A stretch of 64,000 nucleotides of DNA from Phyllobates terribilis (taxonomy: Eukaryota): the NCBI RefSeq assembly GCF_046119375.1, contig NW_027362761.1:322028001-322092000 (forward strand), given 5' to 3'. Under the pieces are notes generated by a model that was given only the letters and a program-made list of their open reading frames with translations, was not told the origin of the DNA and did not search any database. Shown here piece after piece: positions 26,090-38,787 of the stretch (the first letter of the stretch is position 1; the number at the start of each line of letters is the position of its first letter). Both the position numbers and the translations under genes were made by a program.

Positions 26090-28065
26090 TTAAGAGTGTA
26101 TCGAGACAACCCCAACTGGCAACATCCAGTAAATTTCTAGTAAGGATAACAGAGGAATAGCAAAGCTGAGTTCTCAGAAATGATTATCCAGAATTGTCAT
26201 ATTAATGGGAATGAAAGTATTTACTAAAACAGACATGACAGAGGTGGTGACAGATTCTTTGTAATGCACTTTTAAATGAGCAAAAATCAGGCATGTCAGA
26301 GCACTAATGACCAAGGATACAGACTAATAGCTTTATGTAAATAGGTGAAGTGACTGATTAGCTGGAGACCAAACCATGAATTTAGAAGGGTTATTTAAAC
26401 TATAAAGTATAAGGTCTATAATAATCCCATGAAGTCACGTACAGCGGTCATATCAACAATCACCAGATACAACTTTATGCTCGTGTAAATGGGCATTTAG
26501 ACAAAGGAGAATGTGTCTGAACTGCTGCTCGGCATGACATTTCCACATTGGCTTTATCATCACAATATGATAAAACATTACTTCTACTAATAATGATACA
26601 TATTGGATAGAGTAATAGAGCTTTAAATTTAATAAGGTCACTAATTACAGTAAAAAAAAAATTAAGGGGATTATCCATCTGATCAAAATTATTCTAGAAA
26701 GCTTTCATTGTTCTACAAGAATAAAATAAACCGTACTGAACTACTGCTGCCCAGCCATCTCTACCCCCACTAGTATTACCGACACATGACCACTGCAGCC
26801 AATCAATAGGAATACTACTAGCATCACCACAAGGAAATTGTGATGCCTGTCTGCATGTAAACAAAAATAATCAGTGCTGCAGATATTAGAGACAGAACAG
26901 TATGCAAGTTATTTTACACTTATTATTTTAAGCCAGATAATATGGTACAACAGCTAAAAGCTACAGTATTACACATAGAAATACAGATTGAAAATACTGC
27001 TAAGCCAAAGCAAGCAGCAGGTCCAAAGCATGGAAGAAGTGCAAATCTTTCCACTATACTTTCTCTGCGTATGTTTCATTGCTGGTTTTGACTTACAAAT
27101 AGTGATGCAAAATATTGATAAAACTGCTACTGTGAGAAAGTGGCCTCGGTCTACTGACACGCAACCATTCACATAATAGATAAACCGCCAAAACAAAACG
27201 GCTATGCTTCTACTATGCGTGCCCTGCAGGTTACGCAGAGCCCATCTCACCTTCTCAAATATGCAGAGGTCTGCCTTTCTTTCAGGATTTCTTTCAGAGC
27301 CAAGGAAAAATAAGGCAAAGCAATTTCCTGATTGGAAATAGGAAATTAGCTTTGGAACAAATTCAGGAGCTGCGCTGCACATAGCTCAACATAAAATTAG
27401 AAACAGAAGTTTAATTGAAAGATCGTGAATATTTTGAGAGTCTGATAGGTTGCACTTGGTATGAGGAAAGAATGTGAATTCCTCCGGGACTAAGAGAATT
27501 ATAGAGCTTAGCCACACTAAATCCAGCAGGGTTAAATCTATCAGATGGCTGCACTAACTTGGCTTGTCAGATAACTAAAGAAACAAAAAAGCCCAATACG
27601 ACAATTGTTTCCTCATTAATTTCTTTTTAGAACAATAGTAATATGATAATATAAGTATGGAAATTACCCAATAATAGCACCAATTGCATATAATAAGCCA
27701 TGAGCATATCAACATCACATGTGCACCAGTGATCAAGTCCAAGAGTTTAGGGAGCAATCTGAAGATCAGAAGTGTAAGCATATAAAGGATTGCTGAGATT
27801 AGAAAACCCCAGTTGCTTCCTATGTACTGTATCTGGTACTGCTGCTCAGCCCCATTCACATACAAGCAGTTGCGGTTTCCTAATGTTACATAAACCCTTT
27901 TAATTGAGTTAAAGTAGCCAATACTAAATTAATGCACAATCCTAGACATTAACGTTTGGGTCAGAAAAAAACTCATTAAAAAAAGCAACACTGATGACAT
28001 GTTCTCAAATTCTGTTAAGAAGGATCCGATATTAGATTTCTTAATATCAACTGTATACATTTTTA

Positions 28066-28972
28066 GGCTATGTGCCCACGTTGCGGAAATGCTGCATATT
28101 TTTTACGCTTCTCCCTGGCAGGAAAAACGCATGCGGTTTTTACATGCGTTTTTCCCGCCAGGTAGAAGCGTTTGTCAAGCGTTTTTGCATGTATTTCCGC
28201 ATGCGGGTTATCAAGCGCTTTTCCGAGCGATTTTAGCATCACTTGGAAAAGTGCTTGACAACTTGTTCACACTATATAAATCCATGCAAGCCGCATGGAT
28301 TTATAGTAGTGTGACCAAGTTACTTAAAAAAAAAGAATAAGAATGGTAAAAATTAATAAAAATAAAGTTTATACTCACCTTCCGATGTCTTCCCGGTGTT
28401 TTGTCTGCTCCATTCGGTGTCTTGCACTGCTTGCGATGGTGTGAAGGACCTGCGGTGACGTCATTGAGCCATGTGATGGGTCACATGACTCGGTGACGTC
28501 ATGGCAGGTCCTTCACATCAACGCGAACATTGCAAGACACTGGACGGAGCAGACAAAACACCGGGAAGACATCGGAAGGTGAGTGTAAACTTTATTTTTT
28601 ATTATAAATTATTTTTTTTACAGTTTCTATGGTACCCAGGTCTGGATGAGAGTCTCCCCTCCTCCAGACTTGGGTACCATCCGCACATAGAAACGCATAA
28701 TATCCGTGTGTACAAATGTACTGACACGGATATTATGCGTTTCAATGCAAGTCAACGGCAGCGATTACGCTGCGTGTCCGCAAAATTAATGGACATGCTG
28801 CGGATTTTTGAGCGCAGCATAAACGCTGCGGAAAAATCCGCAACATGGGCATTGACATTGCGGCTTGTCATTGGGGACCATGGGGGGCGGATTACCAAGC
28901 GTTTCCCAAGCGTTTATGCTGCGGAAATTAAGCAGCATAAACGTTTGTAAAACGCTACGTGGGCACTCAGCC
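28066..28972. mobile_element. PIF/Harbinger-like MITE (about 900 bp) with an internal hairpin core
   Basis: TTA TSD at 28063-65 and 28973-75. TIR GGCTATGTGCCCACG / CGTGGGCACTCAGCC. TGACGTCA at 28456 and 28494. Confidence 0.88.
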
Positions 28973-29753
28973 TTAAATAGATCTCTAAACCTGATGAAGC
29001 TGGTGAATTTACTTAAAAATCCATGGCAGAATGGTTGTGTAATCCTAATATTAAAATTAGCATTTTATGTTTCGGCCTGATGAGCTCTTGATATCAAGTG
29101 TATTCTATCTCCACCAAGCAAACCTGACTGACAGCTGCATCTTGTACTGAGCAGTGCGACATTTCATCAACAGCAGGAGGATGAAGGGACGCTGAGCGGC
29201 TGTCACTCAGGCCAGGTGGGTGCAGACTGAGCTACACTTTCATGAAAAATTATACAGTAAATCTGACATTGATATTTCAACTAATTCATAAGAGGATGTG
29301 AATCTGGTGAGTGACTACTTTTACTGGTGGGGAAGAAAATAAAGAAGTCTTTAGACCATTGCTCCTACATGTCAGTCCTGGAGTCACCCTTCCCCAAAGG
29401 TCACATTGTCAGGATTTCCTTACTACTACACAGGTGATGTAATAATGGTCAGTGAATCAGAAATTGCCATGGGTTATCTGCAGGAAGGTCTATTGTAGGA
29501 CATGATCGATGGGTCTCTGTCCGTCATAGCAGAGCTACTGGGTCATAGACTCCGGTGTGCTATGCCAAGTGACTTCTGTCACTACAAGTAGCGGTTTTCC
29601 CCTGTAACTGGGGCTCCTATGGATGTCCCAATTACAGTGGAAAAAATGAGAGATAAATACAAGTAAATTATATTCCTTCATATCTTTTATGATCTCTTGG
29701 GGATATATTGTATTGTGCAAAAGTTTTAGGCAAGTGTGAAAAAAATGCTGTAA

Positions 29754-32607
29754 GGGTATGTGCACACGATGCAGAAATGAAGCAGAAAATTTCTGCATCA
29801 TTTCTGCATCTCCCTGGCAGAAAAAACGCATGCAGATTGTGCATGCGTTTTTCCTGCAGAATACATGCGGATCCACATGCAGATTCACATGCGTTTCCGC
29901 ATGCAGATTGACAAGCGCTTTCCAGGCGATTTTAGCATCACCTGGAAAGTGCTTGACAACTAGGTCACACTGTATAAATCCATGCAAACGGCATGGATTT
30001 ATATAGTGTGACCCGAGAGAGTGTATATACTTACCTCCGATGGCCCGCGCTGTCCTGCATTACAAAGTTCCCGGCTGCCGGCAACTTTGAATTGAAAGAC
30101 CTGCCGACGTCAGCGTCACGTGACCCGTCACATGACTCTGACGTCAGCGCAGGTCCTACAACTCACTGCAAGTGCCGGGAACCAAGCGGGAGCGCTGCGC
30201 GGGCCGACAGAAGGTAAGTATACATTTATTTTTTATTTTATTCTTTTTTTACAACTTTTTTAATGGTACCTGGGTGTGGATGAGACTCTCCTCCACACTC
30301 GGGTACCATCCGCATATTAGAACGCGCCAATAGCGCAAGTACAGATGCTGTCTTGCGGAATTGGCGCGTTCTAACGCAAGTCAATGGCGGCGAAATCGCC
30401 GCGTTTCTGCAAAATTAATTGACATGCTGCGGATTTTTGACCGCAGCGTTCACGCTGCGGAAAAATCCGCATCATGGGCACAGCACATGCGGATTTCCAT
30501 TGGGTAACATTGCTGCCCTTCTACCATGCGTTTTTCATGCGTTTCCGCGGCGTTTACGCAACTGCAAAAACGCCGCGGAAACGCATGAAATACGCATCGT
30601 GTGAACTCAGCCTAAGGCTGTGTGCCCACGTAGCATTTTTCAAGCGTATATGCTGCGGAATTTCCGCAGCGTAAACGCTTGAAAAACGCATGTATATCCG
30701 CACCCCATGGTCCCCAATGGGATTCCGCAAGTTCTATGCACATGCTGCGGATTTTTCCGCAGCGTTTAGGCCGCGTTCAAAAATCCGCAGCATGTCATTT
30801 AATTTTGCGTTTCCGCAAGCGGAATTGCCTTTGTCCAATGCATAAAAAACGCAAGGCAATTCTGCATGTGGAAAACGCGTGATAAACGCGCGAAAAATGC
30901 GCGATAAACGCGTGCGGAATTCCGCATGCGTTTTTCCGGGAGAGGACTTGCATTTATGCAGCAGAAATTTTCTGCTTCATAAATGCAACGTGGGCACATA
31001 GCCTAAAAGTAAGAATTCTTTCCAAAATAGAAGTGTAAGGCTATGTGCCCACGTTGCGGACCTGAAGCATATTTTTTACGCTTCTCCCTGGCGGGAAAAT
31101 CGCATGCGGATATTACATGCGGTTTTCCCGCCAGGTAGAAGCGTTTGTGAGGCGTCTTTGCATGCATTTCCGCATGCGGGTTATCAAGCACTTCTCCAAG
31201 CATCACTTGGAAAAGTGCTTGACAACTTGTTCAGAATGGTAAAAAATAAAAAAATAAACTTTATACTCACCTTCTGATGCATTCTCTGCCCCGTCCGGAG
31301 GCTTGAGCGGCTCACGCTGTTGTGTGCAGGACCTGCGGTGACGTCATTGAGTCATGTGGTGGGTCACATGACTCAATGACGTGGCAGGTCCTTCAGACAA
31401 CAGCGCGACGGAGGGAAAACATCAGAAGATAAGTATAAACTTTATTTTATTCTTTTTTTTACAGGTTCTTTGGTACCCAGGTCTGGATGAGAGTCTCCTC
31501 TCATCCAGACTTGGGTACCATCCGCACATTGATTCCGCTGCGTTTCCGCAAAATTAATGAACATGCTGCGGATTTTTGACCGCAGCATATACGCTGCGGA
31601 AAAATCCGCAGCATGGGCATTGACATTGCGGAATGCCATTGGGCACCATGGGGTGCGGATATACATGCATTTTTCAAGCGTTTACGCTGCGGAAATTCCG
31701 CAGCATATACGCTTGAAAAACGCTACGTGGGCACACAGCCTTAGGCTGAGTTCACACGATGCGTATTTCATGCGATTCCGCGGCGTTTTTGCAGTTGCGT
31801 AAACGCCGCGGAAACGCATGAAAAACGCATGGTAGAAGGGCAGCAATGTTACCCAATGGAAATCCGCATGTGCTGTGCCCATGATGCGGATTTTTCCGCA
31901 GCGTGAACGCTGCGGTCAAAAATCCGCAGCATGTCAATTAATTTTGCGGAAACGCGGCGATTTCGCCGCCATTGACTTGCATTAGAACGCGCCAATTCCG
32001 CAAGACAGCATCTGTACTTGCGCTATTGGCGCGTTCTAATATGCGGATGGTACCCGGGTGTGGAGGAGAGGAGAGTCTCCTCCACACCCAGGTACCATTA
32101 AAAAAGCTGTAAAAAAAGAATAAAATAAAAAATAAATGTATTCTTACCATCTGTCGGCCCGCGCAGCGCTCCCGCTTGGTTCCCGGCACTTGCAGTGAGT
32201 TGTAGGACCTGCGCTGACGTCAGAGTCATGTGACGGGTCACGTGACGCTGACGTCGGCAGGTCTTTCAATTCAAAGTTGCCGGCAGCCGGGAACTTTGTA
32301 AAGCAGGACAGCGCGGGCCATCGGAGGTAAGTATATACACTCTCTCGGGTCACACTATATAAATCCATGCTATTTGCATGGATTTATATAGTGTGACCTA
32401 GTTGTCAAGCACTTTCCAGGTGATGCTAAAATCGCCTGGAAAGCGCTTGTCAATCTGCATGCGGAAACGCATGTGAATCTGCATGTGGATCCGCATGTAT
32501 TCTGCAGGAAAAACGCATGCACAATCTGCATGCGTTTTTTCTGCCAGGGAGATGCAGAAATGATGCAGAAATTTTCTGCTTCATTTCTGCATCGTGTGCA
32601 CATACCC
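29754..32607. mobile_element. Palindromic cluster of four Harbinger-like MITEs: X1 29754-30612, X2 30616-31003, X3 31039-31740, X4 31744-32607
   Basis: Each unit is bounded by TAA/TTA. X4 is a near-identical inverted copy of X1. The X1/X2 junction is mirrored by the X3/X4 junction. Confidence 0.9.
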
Positions 32608-32922
32608 TTAATAGGCTATGAATTAATAGAATGCAAAGTGAATGAAAAACAAAGAAATTAAATCAAATCAATATTTGCATGAACTCAGAACAGCCAGCAA
32701 CCAGTGGCACCCAGATACACCCATCCACTGTTTGGAGAAGTTTGGACAGAAGTGGTCTTCATGGAAGAAGCCAGAAAGCCAGACCTTTAATATAGAAACA
32801 AGGCCATGTGACTCCTCTATACACAAAAACTTAGGAACTGGGGTGCAGAAAATGGAAACAGGTGCACTGGATTAATGAGTCTAAATATCAAATATTTGCC
32901 TGTAACAGAAGGAATTTTATTC

Positions 32923-33234
32923 CAGGGCTGTGGAGTTGGAGTCGGTGTCCATTTTGGTAGAATAGGTATAAAATGGACCGACTCCGAAATTATATAATAA
33001 ATAGGGTACAGTAGTTCAAAGCAGTATGTGCGGTAAATTTTTTCATAAGAATTTGGGAAAGTTAAGAAATGTCCTATAAATTTCCGTTCTGTTCCTGATC
33101 CAAGGATCTCACCTTTTAGTTGAGATTAATCTGTGCTGCACTTTATTTACATGCTCAGTAGTGAGGGAGTGCTGTGGAGTCGTGGTCGGAGTCAGGGAAA
33201 TTAAGGAGTCGGAGGTTTTGACTCCACAGCCCTG
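32923..33234. mobile_element. hAT-like MITE
   Basis: CAGGGCTGTGGAGT...ACTCCACAGCCCTG. TSD TTTTATTC/ATTTATTC (7 of 8). Confidence 0.88.
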
Positions 33235-33488
33235 ATTTATTCTCCGAATAGCTGGAGTGTGGTCTAATGATGAGTGTTTGTAGATAACAGTGAAACAGGG
33301 TGGATAATCCCTGCAAGTGTATGGCAGCATTTCAAAAACCTGAGTTGGGGATTTCAGAAGGATTAATGGTGTCTTCAATACTGAGAAATACAAGTAGATA
33401 CTTAGCCATCATGAAATACAAATCAGAGGCATCTGATTTATTCCAAATGTATTCTGCAGCAGGATAATGACCTCAAACTTACAGCCAA

Positions 33489-33960
33489 TTTTTTTTTTTT
33501 TTTTAAACAGCCTCTGGCTTGATCTCGAGCCATGACAACTTTATGGATGAATAATCTGTAGGAAGATCAATCTTGTGCAGCCTAGATAGGTCCACGAGGG
33601 TCTTCTTCACCATTATCTTGATTGTTTAATACTATCGAGTTGCTGGTCTTCCTCTTCGCCATGTTCCTTCTATTCTGCCGGCCATGATGTCCTTCTCCAG
33701 TGATTGCCCTAATCGTATGTGTCCAAATTAGCTTTGTGACCCTTGCTTTGAGGGACATGTCTGGCTTCATTTGTTCCAAAATTGATTTGTTTGTTCTTCT
33801 TATCATCCATGATATTGATAACATCCTTCTCCAGCACCACATTTCAAAAGGCGTTGATTATTCTTCTGTCTTGTTTCTTCATCGTCCAGGTTTAGAATCC
33901 ATAGGTTACCACAGAAAAGACCAAACTATGTATGAGCAGTGTCTTAGGTGCCAGTGAAAT
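33489..33960 (-). mobile_element. RTE-clade LINE 3' fragment (BovB-related clade) with poly(A) tail
   Basis: Minus-strand translation FEMWCWRRMLSISW..RRTNKSILEQMKPDMSL and, after a frameshift, LEKDIMAGRIEGTWRRGRPATR, which is the typical RTE ORF C-terminus. The T-run at 33489-33504 is the tail. Confidence 0.85.
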
Positions 33961-33974
33961 ATTCCTCGATTAAG

Positions 33975-34198
33975 ACCCATCTTCAGTGTAAAGAAGAACA
34001 AAGATTCCTGGAACTGATAATATGGTCCCCACAGATCCCTGATCTCAACATTATCGAGTCTGTCTGAGATTACATGAAGAGACAGAATGATTTGCGCAAG
34101 CCTAGCTCCACAGAAGATTTGTGTTTAGCTATCCAAAATATTTGGAAAATATTTGGAACAACCTCGCGGGAGAGTTCCTTCAAAAACTGTTTTCAATG
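33975..34198 (+). pseudogene. Tc1-like transposase C-terminal remnant
   Basis: WSPQIPDLNIIESV*DYMKRQ...EDLCLAIQNIW resembles the WPxQSPDLNxIE motif. Confidence 0.75.
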
Positions 34199-34199
34199 A

Positions 34200-34597
34200 C
34201 GAGCAGAGACCTTAATCTGCGCATGCGCCACCTCCGGCACCATTTTCCTGAAGCCCACTGCCAGGAGATCAATGTGCGTAGTGGGGACTCCTGCCTCGCA
34301 CCACCAACATTTTCCTGAAGCCCACCACTGGAAGATCAATGGATCCTACCTTGCACCAACGGGACACCCCCCTCCTCCCAGTCTAGGGCCCGCAGCCGCT
34401 GGCTTCCTGTAGCGATGACCCTGCTCCTGCCTCCCGTGACCCCGCTCCACCACAGCGGTCCCCCTAAGTAAGCTAAATTTAGACTATAATATAGACCCCC
34501 ATTTTCACATTAAAAATTATTCTTTATTCCCTACTTTCCTCCTCTAAATTTGGGGTGCGTCTTATTATCCGGTGCGTCTTCTAGTCCGAAAAACACG
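34200..34597. mobile_element. Non-autonomous DNA-element fragment with a TcMar-like terminus
   Basis: Ends GGTGCGTCTTCTAGTCCGAAAAACACG. Internal short direct repeats CACCATTTTCCTGAAGCCCAC. The other end was not found. Confidence 0.45.
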
Positions 34598-36993
34598 ATA
34601 ACACAAAACGCATCCACATAACCATTGAAACCTTGAGAATTCATTCAACAGTATATAAAAACTGCACAGTAATTTTTTCGTAACCCAAAACATCATCTCT
34701 AAAAATCAATACAATTTGTCCCACATAAAACATAGCCACATTAATGAAAAAGAGGAGAGGTAAAAAACTAAAATAAACATGGCTTGTCATTCAAGCCCAT
34801 TCAGTTCTGGTCACTATGGGGTTAAATACAAATTTATATTATATACAAATTGGATCAAATTAAACATATCTTTATAAATAATTGCATACTAAATTATAGA
34901 ATCAGGCCAGTAATTCAGCATGATCAAAATGGTTGACATTTCACCATATTGATTGCAAATATGTCCCAACATGAGAACCACAGAACGGCACAGAGATAGG
35001 TTAGAGAAGCATAATTCATGACCGAGAATAGAGATGAATTATAATTTTTCAATGATAGGAGCGTACAATGGTTATTACTAAAGAAACGGCAGATCGTAAG
35101 TGCTACAGGTCAAATATAGAATTAAACCCTTGCTTTTTTTTGGAGGGGGGGTGGGAATTTTAGTCCATGCAGGCTAGTTAGTACTTTTGAGTGAAACACA
35201 CATGCTAGCTGTATCTAATTCCGATCCATACAATCTATGTAATACTGTACAGAATCACCACCGGAGATGGCCACAGCTATATCAACCTGCGAACACGAAG
35301 GCATCCTGCAGGAAGTGAAGTGTGTGCGCTTCTACTGTTTTCAATGGAGTCTGCACTATTGAACAATGAATAACACGGGAAATCACTTCATAAACCGCTA
35401 TAGTGATCAGAAATGGAGGAAACTGTTGTAGACAGAAACAGTAGATTATAGATGAGGGGATGATGATCGGCAAAATAATCTGTTTGTTTATCCATCATCT
35501 GGACAAGTAGGTGTGAGAGTCAATCAAAACGACAGTATAAAATGCACTATTCAAAAAAGGCACAATGGAGAATGACAATACATAACATGTAGATACAATA
35601 CATAACATGTTCACAAGCAAAGTGCATTCGCCTGTAACATACTCAGCCCCTCCTCACATGTGTGCCCCTTATTTTGCCTCAGCAGCGGTGCTTATATTAG
35701 CAGCAGTGAAAGAAGTCTACAGTTGTCAGCCTGAGCCTGGGACTGGGACCTACTCCAGACAAGAACTGAAAAATGAGCTTCTGGGCCTGAAGTCAGAAAC
35801 TCAGAAAAGTCCTTCTGTCCTGGAAATGCCTAAAATTTTGTTTATTTTCCTTTACAGGTCACAAATCAAATCCTTTTTTTTATCTGTCTGGCAGCAAGTT
35901 AGTGGCTAGCACCATTAAAGGATTTCAAAGTGAATGAGTCTATAGGCACAGGCTAATTAAATCCTAATTGTAAATTAACACTAAAAACATTACTTCAATA
36001 AGTGCCCTTGAAATATATCATATCATGAAAGAACTAAAACTCAAGCTCAGGGACAAACTTATTAAATCAAATAGAAAAGCTATAATCTAATTTATCTTTA
36101 AGATTTTATCGATCTACATAAAGAACTAATCATTACACATCCAATTATGTATGTGAGATTGGGATATTGTGTGACTGGCTGTATCATATACAGACAGGAT
36201 TCAGAAACTTATCTGATGGGAAATAAAACAGAGCTATGGAAGTGAAGGGGTGAGGTGATATTCCTAAACAGAATAAACTTTCCATTGAGTAATCTGGCGG
36301 AAGCCCCAACCTCATCCATATAACATCATTCAGCTAATGTAAATAGTATGGGGAATATTTCAAGTTCTTTCAAGTGCATCTGTAAATATTATCATTCACT
36401 TCTTTACGTCAGACCGCTTTCATTTTAGTATAACTGGCACGTTATGAAAGATACAACTATTTATGTTCCTAGTACAAATAAAGCAGGCATTAAAGTGCCT
36501 GAGGTGATCTTTTAAGGGATACAGTTGGTCATAGATATTAGATTTACTATCTGGTCCCTCCAGATTTAGAATATCCTTGGCATCTGACAAATTACTAACC
36601 AGGAGAATTAAAGGGTAACTAAACGTTCAAGTACATTTTCAGAATATGTGGTCATATAGGAATAACAGCATTCCTTGCCATTATCTGACTTGTATCCTGC
36701 ACGGTTACCATTTTTCATATCTGCTGCCTCGGTCTGTTAATTTGCAATTGACTCTAAGCTGGTGGGAGCAACTAGCTGCTGTGCCCTCTCACATTTACAT
36801 AGAAATGGATTCCTGCTCTTCATTCATATTTTAGCACACAGAGAGAAGAAGCAGCATGGACGACAATATATAGCAGTACTGAACAGTGTAGCTGAGAAAC
36901 CATCTCTGTAATAAAATATTTATTACAAAGCTCATCACAAACGGTTTCTCCCTCTACTTTTTTTTTTTTTCCACTTTGCTCCTTGCTCCTTAA

Positions 36994-37368
36994 GAGTGCT
37001 TTCACATTGCGCTTAGTGACACGTTCGTGGGTCCCATTGAGGCTCGCGTCCAACCCCCCCCCCACAAAACGGGATTCTGACTTATGCGCCGAAGGACCCA
37101 TAGACTATAATGGTGCCGGCAGAGCAAACACGCCCTTTGCCATGCATCATTTTTGGGCGTAAATGCATACTAGAGGCAGACACATTCTACTACGCCCGAG
37201 TGTCCGTCTCCAGAAAGTGTACACGCCCAAAAATGATGCACGGCAGAGCGCACGCTCACTCTGCCGGCACCACTATAGTCTATGTCCCCATCGGCATACA
37301 AGTCAGAATCCTGTTTTGCAGGATGGGGGTTTGTACGTATGGCCCCACGGGGCCACCAAGAGCATAGC
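36994..37368. mobile_element. Palindromic MITE (Harbinger-like), decayed
   Basis: Inverted arms CCATAGACTATAATGGTGCCGGCAGAG / CTCTGCCGGCACCACTATAGTCTATG, with TAA flanks. Confidence 0.6.
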
Positions 37369-37380
37369 TAAAAGCAATGT

Positions 37381-37620
37381 GCAAGAATAGAAGGAAAGGC
37401 AGCACACACCCAGTCTTCGTTAAAACGTTCCTTTATTTTTGTGTGCAGGACAAGTTGAAGCGCCGGAAGGCAGCGAAACGGCCATTGTCCCTTTTTACCT
37501 CTCCCCCGCATACCCTTCGGGGTCTCAGTCCAATGCTGCACGCTGAAATGCTCCGCACACAAAAATAAAGGAACGTTTTAACGAAGACTGGGTGAGTGCT
37601 GCCTTTCCTTCTATTCTTGC
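37381..37620 (+). mobile_element. Penelope-like end cassette: 66-bp inverted arms enclosing a degenerate hammerhead motif
   Basis: 37381-37446 is the reverse complement of 37555-37620, and the arm contains AATAAA. Motif GGAC-AAGTTGAA-GCGCC-ggaa-GGCAGC-GAAAC-GGCC-AT-T-GTCC at 37448-37490. Confidence 0.5.
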
Positions 37621-38131
37621 TTGTGATTGAAATATTTCTTGGATGTGCACCACCGTTTAAGTCTTGAAGCACACAGTCTGAATTATGCCCTGGTGATTGA
37701 TCTTCTGAAAAAACAGCATGGTGCCAGAATGTTTCTCTTGCATTTAAAAGCAATGTGCAACCACCCTTATCTCCTCCCCTTGCAATAGAGTATAATAGGA
37801 AGTGTAGCATGATACCTCACTGTGGTTGACTATATTATCTTGAACATGATGAAGTTGAGCTGTTATTAGAGTGGATGGTGAGCTCAGGGAGCAATGGAAA
37901 ATAATGTAAGTAGCTAATAAGCAGAGTTTAAAAAGAGACAAAAAGAGAAAAAGCAGATTTCTCTGAAAAGATGCATTACAACTTTCGCATTTACCAATAG
38001 AGGTCTTATTACAGAAATATTCTTCTCTAGTAGTATTGTGTCCTGTAGAGAATATGTTTCTGCATGGAGGACCCTACAGGCATGGCTTTGTGCATGAGAT
38101 TTACGGCTTGGCAAACACTGGGAATAGCCAA

Positions 38132-38787
38132 CAGACCGGGTGCCAGAACCGCGGGGAAGTGCCGGGGCCCTGAGTAGGCGGGGGGGGCCCACTTGCCATC
38201 GGGCACCCCACCGTGCTATGGGACCCATAAGCGGAGGAGAGCGGTGTCAGCGCCTGCTCCCACCAGCTTGCTCAGGGCCCCGGCAGCCGGCACAATACTT
38301 ACCTCTCCCTGTGCCTCTGCAGCAGGTCCGGTCTCTTCTGCATCCTCCGACTGTGACGTCTTTCCAAAGCGCCCTCTGCTGAGCCGTCACAGCGGGGCAT
38401 TATGGGGGGGGGGGGGTGACATCCTGCATGGGGCATTATATGGGGGGGAAGTGACATCCTGCATGGGCATTAGAAGGGGGGGCATCATAAGGGAGGAACA
38501 GCTTGCATGGGGCATTATAAGGGGGGACAACAGCCTGCATGGGGCATTATGAAGAGGCCAGTATTCTGTATGGAGCGTTATATGGGGGGCCAGTATCCTG
38601 CATGGAGCATTTTATGGGGGCCAGTATTCTGTCTGGAGCGATTCGCCGGTGATGTAATGTAAGAAGTGAAATCTTTGGCCTTATATATTTCTCTGCTGTA
38701 TCTGTGCATCATTAATCGTGGTATGTGTTAACGGGGCCCACTGAGACTCTTTCGCCCTGGGCCCACAAAATCCTGGAGCCGGCCCTG
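38132..38787. mobile_element. hAT-like non-autonomous element with an internal minisatellite of about 30-bp units
   Basis: CAG...GGAGCCGGCCCTG termini. TSD ATAGCCAA/ATAGACAA (7 of 8). About 8 units of (C)CTGCATGGGGCATTATATGGGGGG at 38395-38640. Confidence 0.8.

Noticed and set aside
29066-29100. GTTTCGGCCTGATGAG hammerhead-like words
   Set aside because: CTGATGA and GAAAC lie on opposite strands, so no valid core can be assembled.
24118-32661. Many 60-150 aa ORFs (for example 24118..24558, 28501..28950, 29535..29987) rich in MRF/HAF/KNA words
   Set aside because: They lie wholly within palindromic MITEs made of AAACGCATGC-type units, recur on both strands and have no domain motifs.
38395-38640. 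Regularly spaced repeats resembling a CRISPR array
   Set aside because: The units are contiguous and degenerate, with no unique spacers, in a eukaryotic context with no cas genes.
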